Part shown: piece by piece, positions 48,728 through 59,761 of the stretch
Position numbering within the stretch: the first letter of the stretch is position 1
Layout: each line of letters opens with the position of its first letter
From: a virus
Virus record (IMG/VR): IMGVR_UViG_3300044957_000729
Length of the DNA: 64,000 bases
Strand: one strand, 5' to 3'
Made by a program: the position numbers and the translations under genes
The notes under the pieces: generated by a model
What the model saw: the letters and a program-made list of their open reading frames with translations, nothing else
What the model was told of the DNA's origin: nothing
Databases searched by the model: none

Positions 48728-49033
48728 TTAGATTGATTCTTTCTTTTTGAGTTGTTCTAGATAGTCTTTCCAGACAAGTCCACCCTCTTTAATTCCTGCT
48801 TTTTGAAATTTATGGAGCTCTGCTCTTTTAGACATTATATAGGAAGCTATAATTGCGTCCTTCAATTCTATTTCTTTTCGATCTAGCATTTCCTGAACCT
48901 TTTTAATTGATTTCATTGCTTCATCCCTGTTAGCAAATCTAAGGCCTGGGGTATACTTCCTTTCTCCGTCAAAAGGATTTACGTCTTTTAGGTATACATC
49001 CTCGAATAATTTGAAAGATAGAATTTTTTTCAC
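48728..49033 (-). CDS. hypothetical protein with capsid-targeting-like leader
   Basis: MKKILSFKLFED; AATATATA on the minus strand at 49038-49045. Confidence 0.65.
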   Translation of the reverse strand: MKKILSFKLFEDVYLKDVNPFDGERKYTPGLRFANRDEAMKSIKKVQEMLDRKEIELKDAIIASYIMSKRAELHKFQKAGIKEGGLVWKDYLEQLKKKESI

Positions 49034-49052
49034 CTATTATATATTCCTTTTT

Positions 49053-49078
49053 GAAACCTCTTCCCTACAACACTATAA
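49053..49078 (+). promoter_or_regulatory. GAAAC-N16-TATAA candidate middle/replication promoter
   Basis: directly upstream of polymerase ATG 49086. Confidence 0.45.
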
Positions 49079-49085
49079 AATAGAT

Positions 49086-50492
49086 ATGATCATAGATATT
49101 GAGAATACAGGAAATGGATTATCTGTTTCACATTATACAGAGGAAGGAGAAGTTAATTTATTGAAAATTCAGGTACCAAAGCATCTACAATTTGTTTGGC
49201 AAAAAACATTGGAGAACGACAAAAGTAAAGATAAGGAATGGAGGTCGTGGGACAATTTTCCTGTGAAGAAAGTTAACACTAGTAAGTTTGACAAGTATAG
49301 GGTGGTAGAAATATTAGAAGCTATAGATCCTGAAATAACAAAACCCCTTTGGGATTACCAAACTCCAAAAAAATACTTTGTCGATATAGAGGTTGAAATC
49401 ACGGATAATCGTGCAGATTCTTTAGATAATGAAAACTCTAAGAACCGGGTGCTTTCAATAGGAATGGCTTCTTCACAGGGAAAGATCCTTGTTATTGGAC
49501 TTGAAGATATTCTTCAGGATAAAATATTAAAAATAGAGAAAAGGATAAAGGAGCACTTTAAAGATCAAGCAGGGGAATGGACTTTTAATTATAGGAAGTT
49601 TGAGACTGAGTTTGATATGCTTTATACTTTCTTCTCTAAGCTAGTTCCTAAGATGCCTTTGATAACTGGGTGGAACTGGTTTGGATATGACTGGCCTTAT
49701 CTTATCAATAGAGCAAAAAGATTAGGAATAGATCCAAAAATAGCTTCACCTAGTGGAATTCTCTTAGGAATGAATCAGATTCCGATGCACATTTTAATGG
49801 TTGACTATCTTGACATCTATAAGAAATGGGATAGGGTCATAAAGATCAGAGAATCTAACTCATTAGACTACGTTGCTAATCAAGCTATAGGAATAAAAAA
49901 GATTTCTTATAGTGGAACATTAAAAGATTTATACGAATCAGATTTTGAGACATTTATCTTTTATAACGCAGTCGACTGTGCTTTAGTCCATTATATAGAT
50001 AAAAGGTTGGACACCCTTTCAACTTTCTTTAAAATTGCCGAAGTTAGTAGAGTGGAAATAAACAGAGCTTTATCCCCGGTATGGACTACTGAGGTACTGA
50101 TGCTAAGAAAATTCTTGGAAAGAAAAAGAGTTATTGTCAACGAGAGAAAAGGAGAATCTCATGTAAAGTTTGAGGGAGCTTATGTTAAGAAGCCAGAGAA
50201 GGGATTATACGAATGGATTGCTTGTTTTGACTTTGCCTCCCTATATCCTAATACAATGATGCAATGGGGAATTTCTCCTGAGGCTTACATAGGAAAAAAT
50301 CTAAAGGAAATACCTGAAGGAGCAATAAAGACCTCCTCGGGAGCAGTTTTTTATAATAAAGATGGGCAAGAACCTATACTTAGAGAAATATTGAAAGGAC
50401 TTTATTCTCAAAGAAAAGCTACTAAGAAAAAATATTTTGAGTGTGAAAAGGAAATAGAAAAAATTAAAAAAGAAATAAAATTAAAATCATAA
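49086..50492 (+). CDS. family B DNA polymerase, N-terminal subunit (exonuclease plus palm motif A); gp43A-like
   Basis: ExoI FVDIEVE, ExoII GWNWFGYDWPY, ExoIII YNAVD, motif A DFASLYP; stops before motifs B and C. Confidence 0.9.
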   Translation: MIIDIENTGNGLSVSHYTEEGEVNLLKIQVPKHLQFVWQKTLENDKSKDKEWRSWDNFPVKKVNTSKFDKYRVVEILEAIDPEITKPLWDYQTPKKYFVDIEVEITDNRADSLDNENSKNRVLSIGMASSQGKILVIGLEDILQDKILKIEKRIKEHFKDQAGEWTFNYRKFETEFDMLYTFFSKLVPKMPLITGWNWFGYDWPYLINRAKRLGIDPKIASPSGILLGMNQIPMHILMVDYLDIYKKWDRVIKIRESNSLDYVANQAIGIKKISYSGTLKDLYESDFETFIFYNAVDCALVHYIDKRLDTLSTFFKIAEVSRVEINRALSPVWTTEVLMLRKFLERKRVIVNERKGESHVKFEGAYVKKPEKGLYEWIACFDFASLYPNTMMQWGISPEAYIGKNLKEIPEGAIKTSSGAVFYNKDGQEPILREILKGLYSQRKATKKKYFECEKEIEKIKKEIKLKS

Positions 50493-50495
50493 ATT

Positions 50496-50960
50496 ATGGC
50501 AAACACAGATAACAAATGTTCAGATCTTTCGGTGGAGGATTTTTACACGGGGTCTGAAGACACTTTAGGATTAGTTTACAACAAACAAAAAGAACTCCAG
50601 GAAAGGTATGGGTTCGATTTCAAAGATTGGTCTATCAAACAGATATCAGATTTTTGGATGGTCAATAAGCACGCACTTGGTGATGAACTAAATGAAATGT
50701 TCGATGCACTGGGAGGAATTAACGATGGTATAGGATCTGCTGGTTGGAAATACTGGAAAGGCGACAACAAAAAAACAGAGACTATGAAAATCTCAGATCT
50801 TTCAGAAGCTGACAAGTTGGAGCTATATTATGAGTGGATAGACGGATTACATTTTTATATGAACTTCGCTATTTCTATTGGTATGACAAGTAAGGATATT
50901 GTTAATCTTTATATGTCTAAACATAAAGAAAATCATAGAAGACAGGATTCAGGATATTAA
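50496..50960 (+). CDS. dCTPase/dUTPase, T4 gp56-like all-alpha NTP pyrophosphatase
   Basis: WKYWK...DLSEADKLELYYEWIDGLHF...KHKENHRRQDSGY. Confidence 0.85.
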   Translation: MANTDNKCSDLSVEDFYTGSEDTLGLVYNKQKELQERYGFDFKDWSIKQISDFWMVNKHALGDELNEMFDALGGINDGIGSAGWKYWKGDNKKTETMKISDLSEADKLELYYEWIDGLHFYMNFAISIGMTSKDIVNLYMSKHKENHRRQDSGY

Positions 50961-50995
50961 AATACAGATTCTCGTATTTCTTTGATATATAAAAA

Positions 50996-51858
50996 ATGAA
51001 AGCTTTTGTATATCTTTGGACTAATAGTAAAAATCTTATGTTGAATCTCATATAGGAGATATGGATGATGGATACATAGGATCTGGTAAATATTTTATTA
51101 ATTCATATAATAAAAATCCTGAATTTTTTTCAAGAGAGATATTGGAGGTTATAGAAGGTCCATACGTAAAGGAAAGAATAAAAGAAAGATAGGAATATTA
51201 TTTAGATCTTTATAAGGTTTCAAAAGATCCTCTATATTATAACATAAGTAATAGGTATTTTGGAGGCGATGTTTATTCTGGATTAAGCGAGGAGGATAAA
51301 AAAAATATGATTAATAAAACAGTCGAAAAAACTAATGAAGATAGAATTAATAATCCGGAAAAATGGAAAATGATATACAGTAAAATGTCCAAATCAAAAA
51401 GGGATAAATCATTACCAGTTAATCAGTTTGATAGTGAAGGAGTATTTATTAATTCTTATTCATGTATAGAAGAAGCACATGAAATAACTGGAATATCTAA
51501 AGGAAATATCCATTCCGCTATAACAGGTAAGAGAAATAGTGCAGGTGGATTTAGATGGTCGTTTACAAAAGAACCGAATAACATTGTTAGTAAAAAATGT
51601 GGAAGGCCTAATGGAATTAAGAATAAGATTAAGATTGAAAGATCACATACTAATATAAGAAAAATGCAGGTAACTCAATATGATTTGTTTGGTAATTTAA
51701 TTAAGATTTGGGAATCAGCATCCGAAGCATCTAAAGAATTGGCCCTAAGCTCCGGATGTATAACACATTTTGTTAATGGAAGAAAACCAAAGTCTGGAAA
51801 CTATGGTGGATTTATATGGGAAAAAGGAAATTATATCACATATACTATATACGAGTAA
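50996..51858 (+). pseudogene. degraded Seg-like GIY-YIG homing endonuclease with two NUMOD1-like domains
   Basis: MKAFVYLWTN, frameshift near 51040, YVESH...DDGYIGSG...FSREIL, in-frame TAG at 51190, continues into ORF 51307-51858 (SAGGFRW, YGGFIW). Confidence 0.8.
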
Positions 51859-51889
51859 TAAAATAATATTAATATATAAAATAAAAAAA

Positions 51890-52870
51890 ATGGAAAAATT
51901 ATTGACACCCAATCCTAAAAGATTCTCGTTGTTTCCCGTTCAACATCACGACATGTGGACAATGTATAAAACAGCTGAAGCATCTTTTTGGACAGTAGAA
52001 GAAATAGATCTAGCTCAAGATATAACACACTGGAGAGATAAATTAAACGATAACGAGAGATATTTTATTAAGCATGTAATTGCTTTCTTTAATAACTCCG
52101 ATGGAATTGTAAATGAAAATTTAGCTGCAAACTTTTTTAATCAAGTACAATATCCAGAGGCAAGATGCTTTTATGGATTCCAATTAGCAATAGAGAACAT
52201 TCACGGAGAAACGTATTCTCTTCTTATTGATTCCTATATAAGAGACGGAGAAGAAAAGGAACATCTATTTAATGCTATTGATACTGTTCCCTCAGTCAAA
52301 AGAAAAGCTGATTGGGCTATGAAATGGATAGAGAAAGGGTCATTCATAGAAACATTAATTGCTTTTGCTGCTGTGGAAGGAATCTTCTTTTCTGGATCAT
52401 TTTGTTCCATCTTCTGGTTAAAGAAAAGAGGACTAATGCCAGGACTATGTTTTGCTAATGAACTAATATCTAGAGATGAAGGATTACATTGTGATTTTGC
52501 TTGTTTACTTTACACTAGTCACATCGAAAACAAACTTCCAGAAGAAACAGTTGTCAAGATAATTAGTGAAGCTGTAGAGATCGAAAAAGAGTTTGTTACT
52601 TCATCATTACCTGTAAGACTTATTGGAATGAACTCTGAGCTTATGTGTCAATATATAGAATTCGTTGCTGATCGTTTGCTAATTTCTTTAGGGTGTAATA
52701 AGATTTATAATAATAAATGTCCTTTTGATTTTATGGTTAACATAGCCCTTGAAAACAAAGGTAACTTCTTTGAAGGAAGAGTGGGTTCATACCAAAAATC
52801 CGGTGTTATGGACAGTACTAAAGACAATAAAGATTCTGGTAAATCCTTTACTATGGATGCTGACTTTTAA
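51890..52870 (+). CDS. nrdB: ribonucleotide reductase class Ia beta subunit
   Basis: [44 protein letters not shown]. Confidence 0.97.
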   Translation: MEKLLTPNPKRFSLFPVQHHDMWTMYKTAEASFWTVEEIDLAQDITHWRDKLNDNERYFIKHVIAFFNNSDGIVNENLAANFFNQVQYPEARCFYGFQLAIENIHGETYSLLIDSYIRDGEEKEHLFNAIDTVPSVKRKADWAMKWIEKGSFIETLIAFAAVEGIFFSGSFCSIFWLKKRGLMPGLCFANELISRDEGLHCDFACLLYTSHIENKLPEETVVKIISEAVEIEKEFVTSSLPVRLIGMNSELMCQYIEFVADRLLISLGCNKIYNNKCPFDFMVNIALENKGNFFEGRVGSYQKSGVMDSTKDNKDSGKSFTMDADF

Positions 52871-52921
52871 TTTGGTAACAGATCCCCAATTGAATATATA
52901 TAAGGCATATAATTAACAACT

Positions 52922-53248
52922 GTGGCTCAGAAAACTAGATCTCAATTTAAAGTAATATTTTCCCAAGGAAATATCCTAAATCAACAGGATTTCCATGACT
53001 TTATAGATAGTTATTGGAACTTGCCCGATGATGGTTCTTTTACTGGGATAACTGGGCCTTCTGGACCTACCGGACCTACTGGATATGGTGTTCAAGGAGC
53101 AACCGGGCCAACAGGTGACACGATGTTAACATCAGTTCCTGGTGCAACCTCAACAACTGGAACAACTGGAAATTATGCAGCTGGTTCCGGAGCTTTCTAT
53201 TTTCATGACGGCTCCCAATGGTGGAAGGTTAACGGTACAGGATTTTAA
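52922..53248 (+). CDS. small collagen-repeat virion-type protein
   Basis: [11 protein letters not shown]-terminal motif; [13 protein letters not shown]; AATATATA at 52893. Confidence 0.6.
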   Translation: MAQKTRSQFKVIFSQGNILNQQDFHDFIDSYWNLPDDGSFTGITGPSGPTGPTGYGVQGATGPTGDTMLTSVPGATSTTGTTGNYAAGSGAFYFHDGSQWWKVNGTGF

Positions 53249-53356
53249 TTTTTATTTGTATCATAAATACAGATACACAAAGCTCACAATTCTTAAAAAA
53301 TATTAAAAGAATCGAAACTAACTGTCGACTAAAAAATAAAAAAATAAACTTGTAAA

Positions 53357-55723
53357 ATGGAAGTAATAAAAAGAGATGGCTCTAGGGAAAGAGTGAAACT
53401 AGATAAGATTCTTAACCGAGTTAAAAAGCAGTGTTATGGATTAAATATGGACTATATAGAGACGATGGAGATAGCAAAAAAGGTTATACATGGACTTTAT
53501 GATGGAATTACTTCCGTAGAATTAGATACATTAGCTGCTGAAACTGCTGCAGCATTAACCCCTACACATCCAGACTACTCTATATTGGCTTCTAGGATTT
53601 GTGTTACATCCTTACATAAAAGAACTCCAAAAAGTTTTTCCCTAGTTATTGAGCAACTCTATAATTACATTGATCCTAGAACAGGATTGAAAGCACCTAT
53701 GATTGCTGATGATGTCTACGAGATCATCATGAATAATTCAAAAGATATAGATTCTCAAATAATAACTGATAGAGATTTGGAATATGATTATTTTGGGTTC
53801 AAAACTCTGGAAAAATCATATCTATTAAAAATAGATGGTCTTCCAGCAGAAAGACCACAGCAAATGTTAATGAGAGTAGCGATAGGAATTCATAAAAATG
53901 ATTTGACCTCTGCTTATAAGACATACGATTTAATGAGTCAGGGATATTTTACTCACGCAACACCTACATTGTTTAACTCTGGTACTAGAAGACCACAGCT
54001 TTCTTCTTGTTTTTTAGTTTCAATGGATGATGATTCGATCCGGGGAATTTATAAAACTCTTTCGGATGTAGCTCATATTTCTAAGAATGCAGGAGGTATT
54101 GGATTACACATACACAACGTAAGAGGTACAGGAGCTTACATTAGAGGCACTAACGGAACATCTAATGGTATTATCCCGATGCTTAAGGTGTTCAATGAGA
54201 CTGCAAGATATGTTGACCAGGGGGGAGGAAGAAGAAAAGGATCCTTTGCTGTTTATTTAGAGCCTTGGCATTGTGACGTTGAAGATTTTTTAAATCTTAG
54301 AAAAAATCACGGTAAGGAAGAAATGAGAGCTAGAGATCTTTTCTTGGCTTTATGGACGCCTGATTTATTTATGGAGAGAGTAAGAGAAAACGGGGATTGG
54401 ACGTTATTCTCACCAGACGAAGCCCCTGGATTAGATGACTGCTATGGAGAGGAGTTCAATAAGCTTTATACTAAATATGAATCTGAAGGAAAGGGTAGAA
54501 AAACTGTAAAAGCTCAAGATCTATGGTATAAAATTATAGAGGCACAGATAGAAACTGGAACACCTTATATTCTCTACAAGGATTCTGCTAACGGTAAGTC
54601 AAATCAAAAGAATTTAGGTACAATTAAATCATCTAATCTTTGTACGGAAATTATAGAGTACTCAGATGCTAAAGAAACTGCAGTTTGTAACCTTGCTTCC
54701 ATTGCCCTTCCTAAATTTATTATACCGGGTAAGAAACCTAAGTATGATTTTAATGCACTCAAAGATATAGCATATACGGCTACAATAAATCTTAATAGAG
54801 TAATAGATGTTAATTATTATCCTACTAAGGAGACCAAGACTTCTAATATGAAGCACAGACCTATAGGTATAGGCGTACAGGGATTAGCAGATACTTTTGC
54901 TATATTAAAAATACCTTTCGATTCTGAAGAAGCTAAGCAATTAGATAGAGAAATGTTTGAAGCAATATATTATGGTGCTATGTGTGCTTCTGTCGATCTT
55001 GCAGAGAAAGAGGGAGCATACCAATCTTTTAAAGGATCTCCTCTATCTAAAGGATTATTTCAATTTGATCTATGGGATGAAAAACCTAGTACAAGGTGGG
55101 ATTGGGAGGAATTAAGAGAAAAAGTTAAAACACATGGTGCTAGAAACTCTTTATTACTTGCACCAATGCCTACTGCATCGACTAGTCAGATTCTAGGTAA
55201 CAATGAATGTTTTGAACCTTTCACTTCTAATATCTATATTAGAAAAACACTATCTGGAGAATTTCCAGTAGTTAATAAACATCTTGTTAAAGATTTAGTT
55301 AAGCTTGGATTATGGAATGAATCATTAAGGGATAAGATTATTATTAATAACGGATCAGTTCAGGATATACCAGAAATACCAGAGGAACTTAAATCTATCT
55401 ACAAAACTGCTTGGGAAATGAGTCAGAAGATTATAATAGATCACGCTGCTATTAGGTCTCCGTTCATCTGTCAGAGTCAGAGTATGAATCTTTTTGTACA
55501 GGATGCTAATTTTGCTAAACTATCTTCAGCACATTTTTATGGGTGGTCTAAAGGGTTAAAAACCGGAAGCTATTATATCAGAACTAAAGCTGCTTCAACA
55601 GCTATAAAGGGATTAGGGATAGATACTAGTAAAACAGAGGACATAAAAACGGAGGAAGACAATTATAGCGATCTAGTTTGTAGTATTGATAATCCTGGAG
55701 ATTGTAAAGCCTGTGGATCATAA
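53357..55723 (+). CDS. nrdA: ribonucleotide reductase class Ia alpha subunit
   Basis: ATP-cone [37 protein letters not shown]-terminal CKAC. Confidence 0.97.
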   Translation: MEVIKRDGSRERVKLDKILNRVKKQCYGLNMDYIETMEIAKKVIHGLYDGITSVELDTLAAETAAALTPTHPDYSILASRICVTSLHKRTPKSFSLVIEQLYNYIDPRTGLKAPMIADDVYEIIMNNSKDIDSQIITDRDLEYDYFGFKTLEKSYLLKIDGLPAERPQQMLMRVAIGIHKNDLTSAYKTYDLMSQGYFTHATPTLFNSGTRRPQLSSCFLVSMDDDSIRGIYKTLSDVAHISKNAGGIGLHIHNVRGTGAYIRGTNGTSNGIIPMLKVFNETARYVDQGGGRRKGSFAVYLEPWHCDVEDFLNLRKNHGKEEMRARDLFLALWTPDLFMERVRENGDWTLFSPDEAPGLDDCYGEEFNKLYTKYESEGKGRKTVKAQDLWYKIIEAQIETGTPYILYKDSANGKSNQKNLGTIKSSNLCTEIIEYSDAKETAVCNLASIALPKFIIPGKKPKYDFNALKDIAYTATINLNRVIDVNYYPTKETKTSNMKHRPIGIGVQGLADTFAILKIPFDSEEAKQLDREMFEAIYYGAMCASVDLAEKEGAYQSFKGSPLSKGLFQFDLWDEKPSTRWDWEELREKVKTHGARNSLLLAPMPTASTSQILGNNECFEPFTSNIYIRKTLSGEFPVVNKHLVKDLVKLGLWNESLRDKIIINNGSVQDIPEIPEELKSIYKTAWEMSQKIIIDHAAIRSPFICQSQSMNLFVQDANFAKLSSAHFYGWSKGLKTGSYYIRTKAASTAIKGLGIDTSKTEDIKTEEDNYSDLVCSIDNPGDCKACGS

Positions 55724-55731
55724 ATAAAATT

Positions 55732-56388
55732 ATGGATAAAAAGAATAATCCTAAGAAAATAAACAACTTCAAAGAATTCGTAAAAGAATTTGGAGACATT
55801 GACGGCAAGGAAAATTTAGAAGATATACCTTGTATAATTTTAACTGGTCCTCCTGGATGCGGCAAAGGTACACAGTCAAAGATAATATCTAAGGGTATGA
55901 GATGGAAACACGTTTCTACCGGCGATATATTAAGAGCTTCTGATGACAGGGATATTAAAAAGATGATGAAGAACGGAGAGTTACTTCCTGATGAATTAGT
56001 AGGAAAGGAACTAATTGCATATCTCAAAGACTACTCTAAGCATCACGATCCTAAGGGATTTATATTTGATGGTTATCCAAGAAATCTTGCACAGAGAGAT
56101 ATTTTTGAAGAAATATGTAGGGTAAACAAATTAAAGCTCGTATATATTTTCTTTTTAAACGGACCTGAAGATTTATTAAAGAAGAGAATTATTAACCGAG
56201 GTAAATCTTCGGGAAGATCAGACGACAAAAGCGAGAAAGCTTTTGAGAAAAGAATGAAAGAATATAACGAGCAAACCCTTCCCATGATAGAATCAATGAG
56301 GAATGGAGGAAACTTCCTAGAGATATCTGCCACTAAGGATCTTGAGGGGGTTTCTTCTTTAATATTTAAGAAATTGAATGAAATTTAA
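55732..56388 (+). CDS. adk: adenylate kinase
   Basis: GPPGCGKGTQ, HVSTGDILR, GFIFDGYPRN, GRSDD (short LID). Confidence 0.92.
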   Translation: MDKKNNPKKINNFKEFVKEFGDIDGKENLEDIPCIILTGPPGCGKGTQSKIISKGMRWKHVSTGDILRASDDRDIKKMMKNGELLPDELVGKELIAYLKDYSKHHDPKGFIFDGYPRNLAQRDIFEEICRVNKLKLVYIFFLNGPEDLLKKRIINRGKSSGRSDDKSEKAFEKRMKEYNEQTLPMIESMRNGGNFLEISATKDLEGVSSLIFKKLNEI

Positions 56389-56436
56389 TTTATAAAATAG
56401 TCTATAACTATTAAAAAACAATTAAAAAACAATAAA

Positions 56437-57669
56437 ATGGATAATGTCGAAAAAGAATCCCCTGTTGAGAATCAGGAAATAAATCAACCAACCCAGCCAA
56501 CTATCTGTTTAACTATGATAGTTAAAAACGAATCTCAAGTAATTAGAAGATGTATAGATTCGGTAAAAGATTATATCAGCTATTGGGTTATTGTAGACAC
56601 AGGATCTACTGACGGAACACAAGATCTCATTAAAGAAATCATGGCTGAGTATAACATTCCCGGGGAACTACACGAAAGACCTTGGGTTGATTTTGGACAC
56701 AATAGAACTGAAAATCTACGATATGCCAAGGATAAGGCAGATTACCGATTAATAATAGATGCGGATGATGTACTTGTCGTTGAAAATCCTGAAGTTAATC
56801 CATTCTTAAATGTAACCAAGGATTTCTATAAAATAAAAATAAGACTAGGTTCATTAGCATATTATAGATCCCAACTAATTAGAGGGGATCAAGATTGGAA
56901 ATATGTTGGTGTTTTACACGAATATCTTTCTGGACCAGAAGACATGGATCTCGAGGAGGACTTTTTAGAAGGGGTAGAAATGCACGCTTCAGTTTCGGGA
57001 CACAATAGAGACATTAAAGGTAAAGACAAATACTATAATGATGCTTTAATTTTCGAAAAGGCTATTTTAACTACCACAAAAGAAGAACTTCCTATAGATT
57101 TGGAAAGAAGATATGTCTTTTATATGGCACAAAGCTATAGAGATGCTGGAATGCACGAAAGATCTATCGAAGCTTATCAAAGAAGAGCTGATCTAGGAGG
57201 ATGGAACGAAGAAGTTTATATTTCCAAATATTGGATTGCTAGACAAAAGCAGACAATGCAAAAACCCGACGAGGAAATAATTGATGCTTATTTAAAAGCT
57301 TGGGAATACAGACCAAATAGACTTGAATCATTATATCACCTTATTAAATTCCTGGGGAGCAGAAAGAGATATGCTTTAGCTTTTGCTCTATCTTCAATAG
57401 GAATGAAAACTGGACCATGCTCAGATATCCTTTTCGTCGAAGATGAAATTTGGAAATGGAGAATGCCTGATGAATATTCAGTACTTGCTTACTATAACGG
57501 AAATGCAGAGGAAGCACGTAAGACTACAAGTATTATAATTAATTCCCCAGTATTCCAAAAAATAACTAAGGGTGAGCAAGATAGAATCCTTAAGAATTTG
57601 GATTTCTATAAAAAAGCTATAGACCGAAATACAGAAGAAGAGCCTAAAGAGGAATTACAGGAATCTTAG
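56437..57669 (+). CDS. GT2 glycosyltransferase with TPR-like repeats
   Basis: ICLTMIVKNE, IVDTGSTDGT, DADD, GVLHE; helical C-terminal repeats. Confidence 0.85.
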   Translation: MDNVEKESPVENQEINQPTQPTICLTMIVKNESQVIRRCIDSVKDYISYWVIVDTGSTDGTQDLIKEIMAEYNIPGELHERPWVDFGHNRTENLRYAKDKADYRLIIDADDVLVVENPEVNPFLNVTKDFYKIKIRLGSLAYYRSQLIRGDQDWKYVGVLHEYLSGPEDMDLEEDFLEGVEMHASVSGHNRDIKGKDKYYNDALIFEKAILTTTKEELPIDLERRYVFYMAQSYRDAGMHERSIEAYQRRADLGGWNEEVYISKYWIARQKQTMQKPDEEIIDAYLKAWEYRPNRLESLYHLIKFLGSRKRYALAFALSSIGMKTGPCSDILFVEDEIWKWRMPDEYSVLAYYNGNAEEARKTTSIIINSPVFQKITKGEQDRILKNLDFYKKAIDRNTEEEPKEELQES

Positions 57670-57702
57670 GAAATGTAGATATATAACATAAAAAGTTATA
57701 TA

Positions 57703-58185
57703 ATGAGAATTCTAAGATTTGCGGATTTTTTAAATGAGTCTGTTTATAACGTAGGAATTCCTCTTTACAGAGGATCTAGCTTCCAACCAGAAAGAACAAT
57801 AAAAAGAAATAAGTTTATTGGGGAGCTTCAGGATTTCCTTACTCAAGTTGCTAACGGTACACTTTCCGAAATCACAGTAATAGCTGAAATACCAACACAA
57901 GGTAAGAATGTGCCACAATATCTAAAAGATATTTATGCTGAAATGGGATATGATCCTAGCGAAAATCAGGAAGATATGTATGACCCTGAGACTGATGTTT
58001 ACATGGGAAATAGAAGCAGAACAGCAGATGAACCTTATAGAAATATATTTGTAGACTCGGAGTTTATTGTTAAAGATGTTGATCAAACAAAAGGAGTTAT
58101 TATTGCAGTTCCTTATTCTTTAAAAAGAAAGAATGTTACTGTAGAATTAACACCTGATATGATTGACGAGGCTTACGTTAAATAA
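57703..58185 (+). CDS. hypothetical protein with capsid-targeting-like leader
   Basis: MRILRFADFLNES; GATATATA at 57678. Confidence 0.6.
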   Translation: MRILRFADFLNESVYNVGIPLYRGSSFQPERTIKRNKFIGELQDFLTQVANGTLSEITVIAEIPTQGKNVPQYLKDIYAEMGYDPSENQEDMYDPETDVYMGNRSRTADEPYRNIFVDSEFIVKDVDQTKGVIIAVPYSLKRKNVTVELTPDMIDEAYVK

Positions 58186-58203
58186 TTTAGCACTTACTAA
58201 CAT

Positions 58204-58563
58204 ATGGATTTTGATGATTTTTATATAGCAAAAATCGGAGACCATACTTTCATATTAGAAGATTGCAAAGACTTTCCAAAAGGGCTTTCAGAAAGAGAGC
58301 ATCTCCTCGAAAATGAGGGGATGCTTTTTAAGTTTAATGATCCTGGACATAGATCTTTTCATATGAAAGGATGTCTAATACCTTTGGATATTATATTCAT
58401 AAAAGGGGGTAAGATACAAAAAATATATCATAACTGTAATCCTTGCGAGCTTAATGAGTGCGAGCGGTTCGAACACGAGGATGCTGATACTGTAGTTGAA
58501 CTTATGGGAGGTACATGCAAGAAAAATAGAATCAATGAGGGTTTAATTTATAGGCTTATGTGA
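58204..58563 (+). CDS. DUF192 family protein
   Basis: GMLFKF...SFHMKGCLIPLDIIFI...VVELMGG. Confidence 0.85.
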   Translation: MDFDDFYIAKIGDHTFILEDCKDFPKGLSEREHLLENEGMLFKFNDPGHRSFHMKGCLIPLDIIFIKGGKIQKIYHNCNPCELNECERFEHEDADTVVELMGGTCKKNRINEGLIYRLM

Positions 58564-59716
58564 TTTCTTGATTACTTTTAATTTTTTCTATGATTTTATT
58601 AATTGTTAATTCTATTGTTTTTTCATTAGAATCGTCAGAAAATATTTCTATTACATCAAATCCTAATCTTTCCGCTATTTTATTTTTATAAACATCAAGA
58701 TCTCTTTTTTCCTCTGCATTTAATCCCATGAAATTCCATTTGTCCCATTTATTCTTTTCCCATTTGGGATTGGGATGGTATCTTTTTCCGTGATATTCTA
58801 TAATTATTTTTAATTTTGGTATAGTAAAATCATAAAAAAATATTTTTTTTGAATCCTTATCATATAAAAAATATTCCTTAGATCCTGATATCCCCCAATA
58901 TATCTCATTTATTTGTAAATACCTTCTAATTTTTTTGTATATTTTTTTAAATAGAATTAGGGATTCCTTAGATGTGTATGTATTGGAGCATCTTTTAATT
59001 ATTGTTTCTGTGTATTTTTTATTTCCCTCTTCTTGTCCGTATCTGCTTATAAATCCATTAAGAGATTGAGAATTACTTAGATTTTTACACATATTTTCAT
59101 ATCTTATCGTGCCCTCTATTTTTCCATATTTCTTAATTATTTTTTCTAGATCGAAAGTTTTCTGTAATTCTGAAACTTTTTTCTTTGCATCTTCCTCGGA
59201 TATTTTTTCTTTTTTCATCCAGTATTCATATTGATTCCAAGTGACCCCATGATATTTTTTCCTTTTGGCTGAATTTTCTTTCTGTGTATCTTTTATTTTT
59301 AAAATTGCTTCTTTTTCAGATAGCCCCCTCTCTATCCAATATTCAATATTAAATTTTCTTTGTGATTTTATTTTATATTCTGCTTCCTCCTTGGTGTAAT
59401 TGATCCCGGTCTTAGGATTTATTTTATTTTTCCAGTAATCTATTTGCATAGGACTTCCGTTCGGTATATTATTTACACGATTTTCTTGCCTTTTCAACAA
59501 GGAATCCTCTCTACTCCATCCTCTTTGTTCCCAGTATGTAATAGTAAATTTTCCAACTTTCATAAATCCTTTGTCCATTCTAAATTTTGATAATATCTTA
59601 TTAATGGATTGGCCGGTTTTAGGAGATTCTTTTTCTATTATAATTCTTAACTCCTCCTTATATTTTGGTGGAAGATCTATTAAAAATTTTTCTAATTCTA
59701 TGTTTGATTTATTCAT
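58556..59716 (-). CDS. free-standing homing endonuclease (Hef/Vsr-like PD-(D/E)XK C-terminus)
   Basis: repeated YW..RG.S..EA and KYG.EEG units; FFYDF...IIIEYHG...H...D..K nuclease domain; own GATATATA at 59741-59748 (minus strand). Confidence 0.75.
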   Translation of the reverse strand: MNKSNIELEKFLIDLPPKYKEELRIIIEKESPKTGQSINKILSKFRMDKGFMKVGKFTITYWEQRGWSREDSLLKRQENRVNNIPNGSPMQIDYWKNKINPKTGINYTKEEAEYKIKSQRKFNIEYWIERGLSEKEAILKIKDTQKENSAKRKKYHGVTWNQYEYWMKKEKISEEDAKKKVSELQKTFDLEKIIKKYGKIEGTIRYENMCKNLSNSQSLNGFISRYGQEEGNKKYTETIIKRCSNTYTSKESLILFKKIYKKIRRYLQINEIYWGISGSKEYFLYDKDSKKIFFYDFTIPKLKIIIEYHGKRYHPNPKWEKNKWDKWNFMGLNAEEKRDLDVYKNKIAERLGFDVIEIFSDDSNEKTIELTINKIIEKIKSNQEIT

Positions 59717-59761
59717 ATCTGCTAATGGATATTATATTTTTATATATCCATTAGAAGCAGA

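Noticed and set aside
34437-51192. Stop-codon reassignment suggested by in-frame stops at 34437 (TGA), 42410 and 46609 (TAA), 51190 (TAG)
   Set aside because: All three stop types are involved, two cases also have frameshifts, and conserved genes are intact under code 11 and end in TAA, TAG and TGA
49011-51889. Upstream TTG starts given in the track for the polymerase (49011) and nrdB (51770)
   Set aside because: They overlap neighbouring genes or promoter motifs; ATGs at 49086 and 51890 fit family N-termini better
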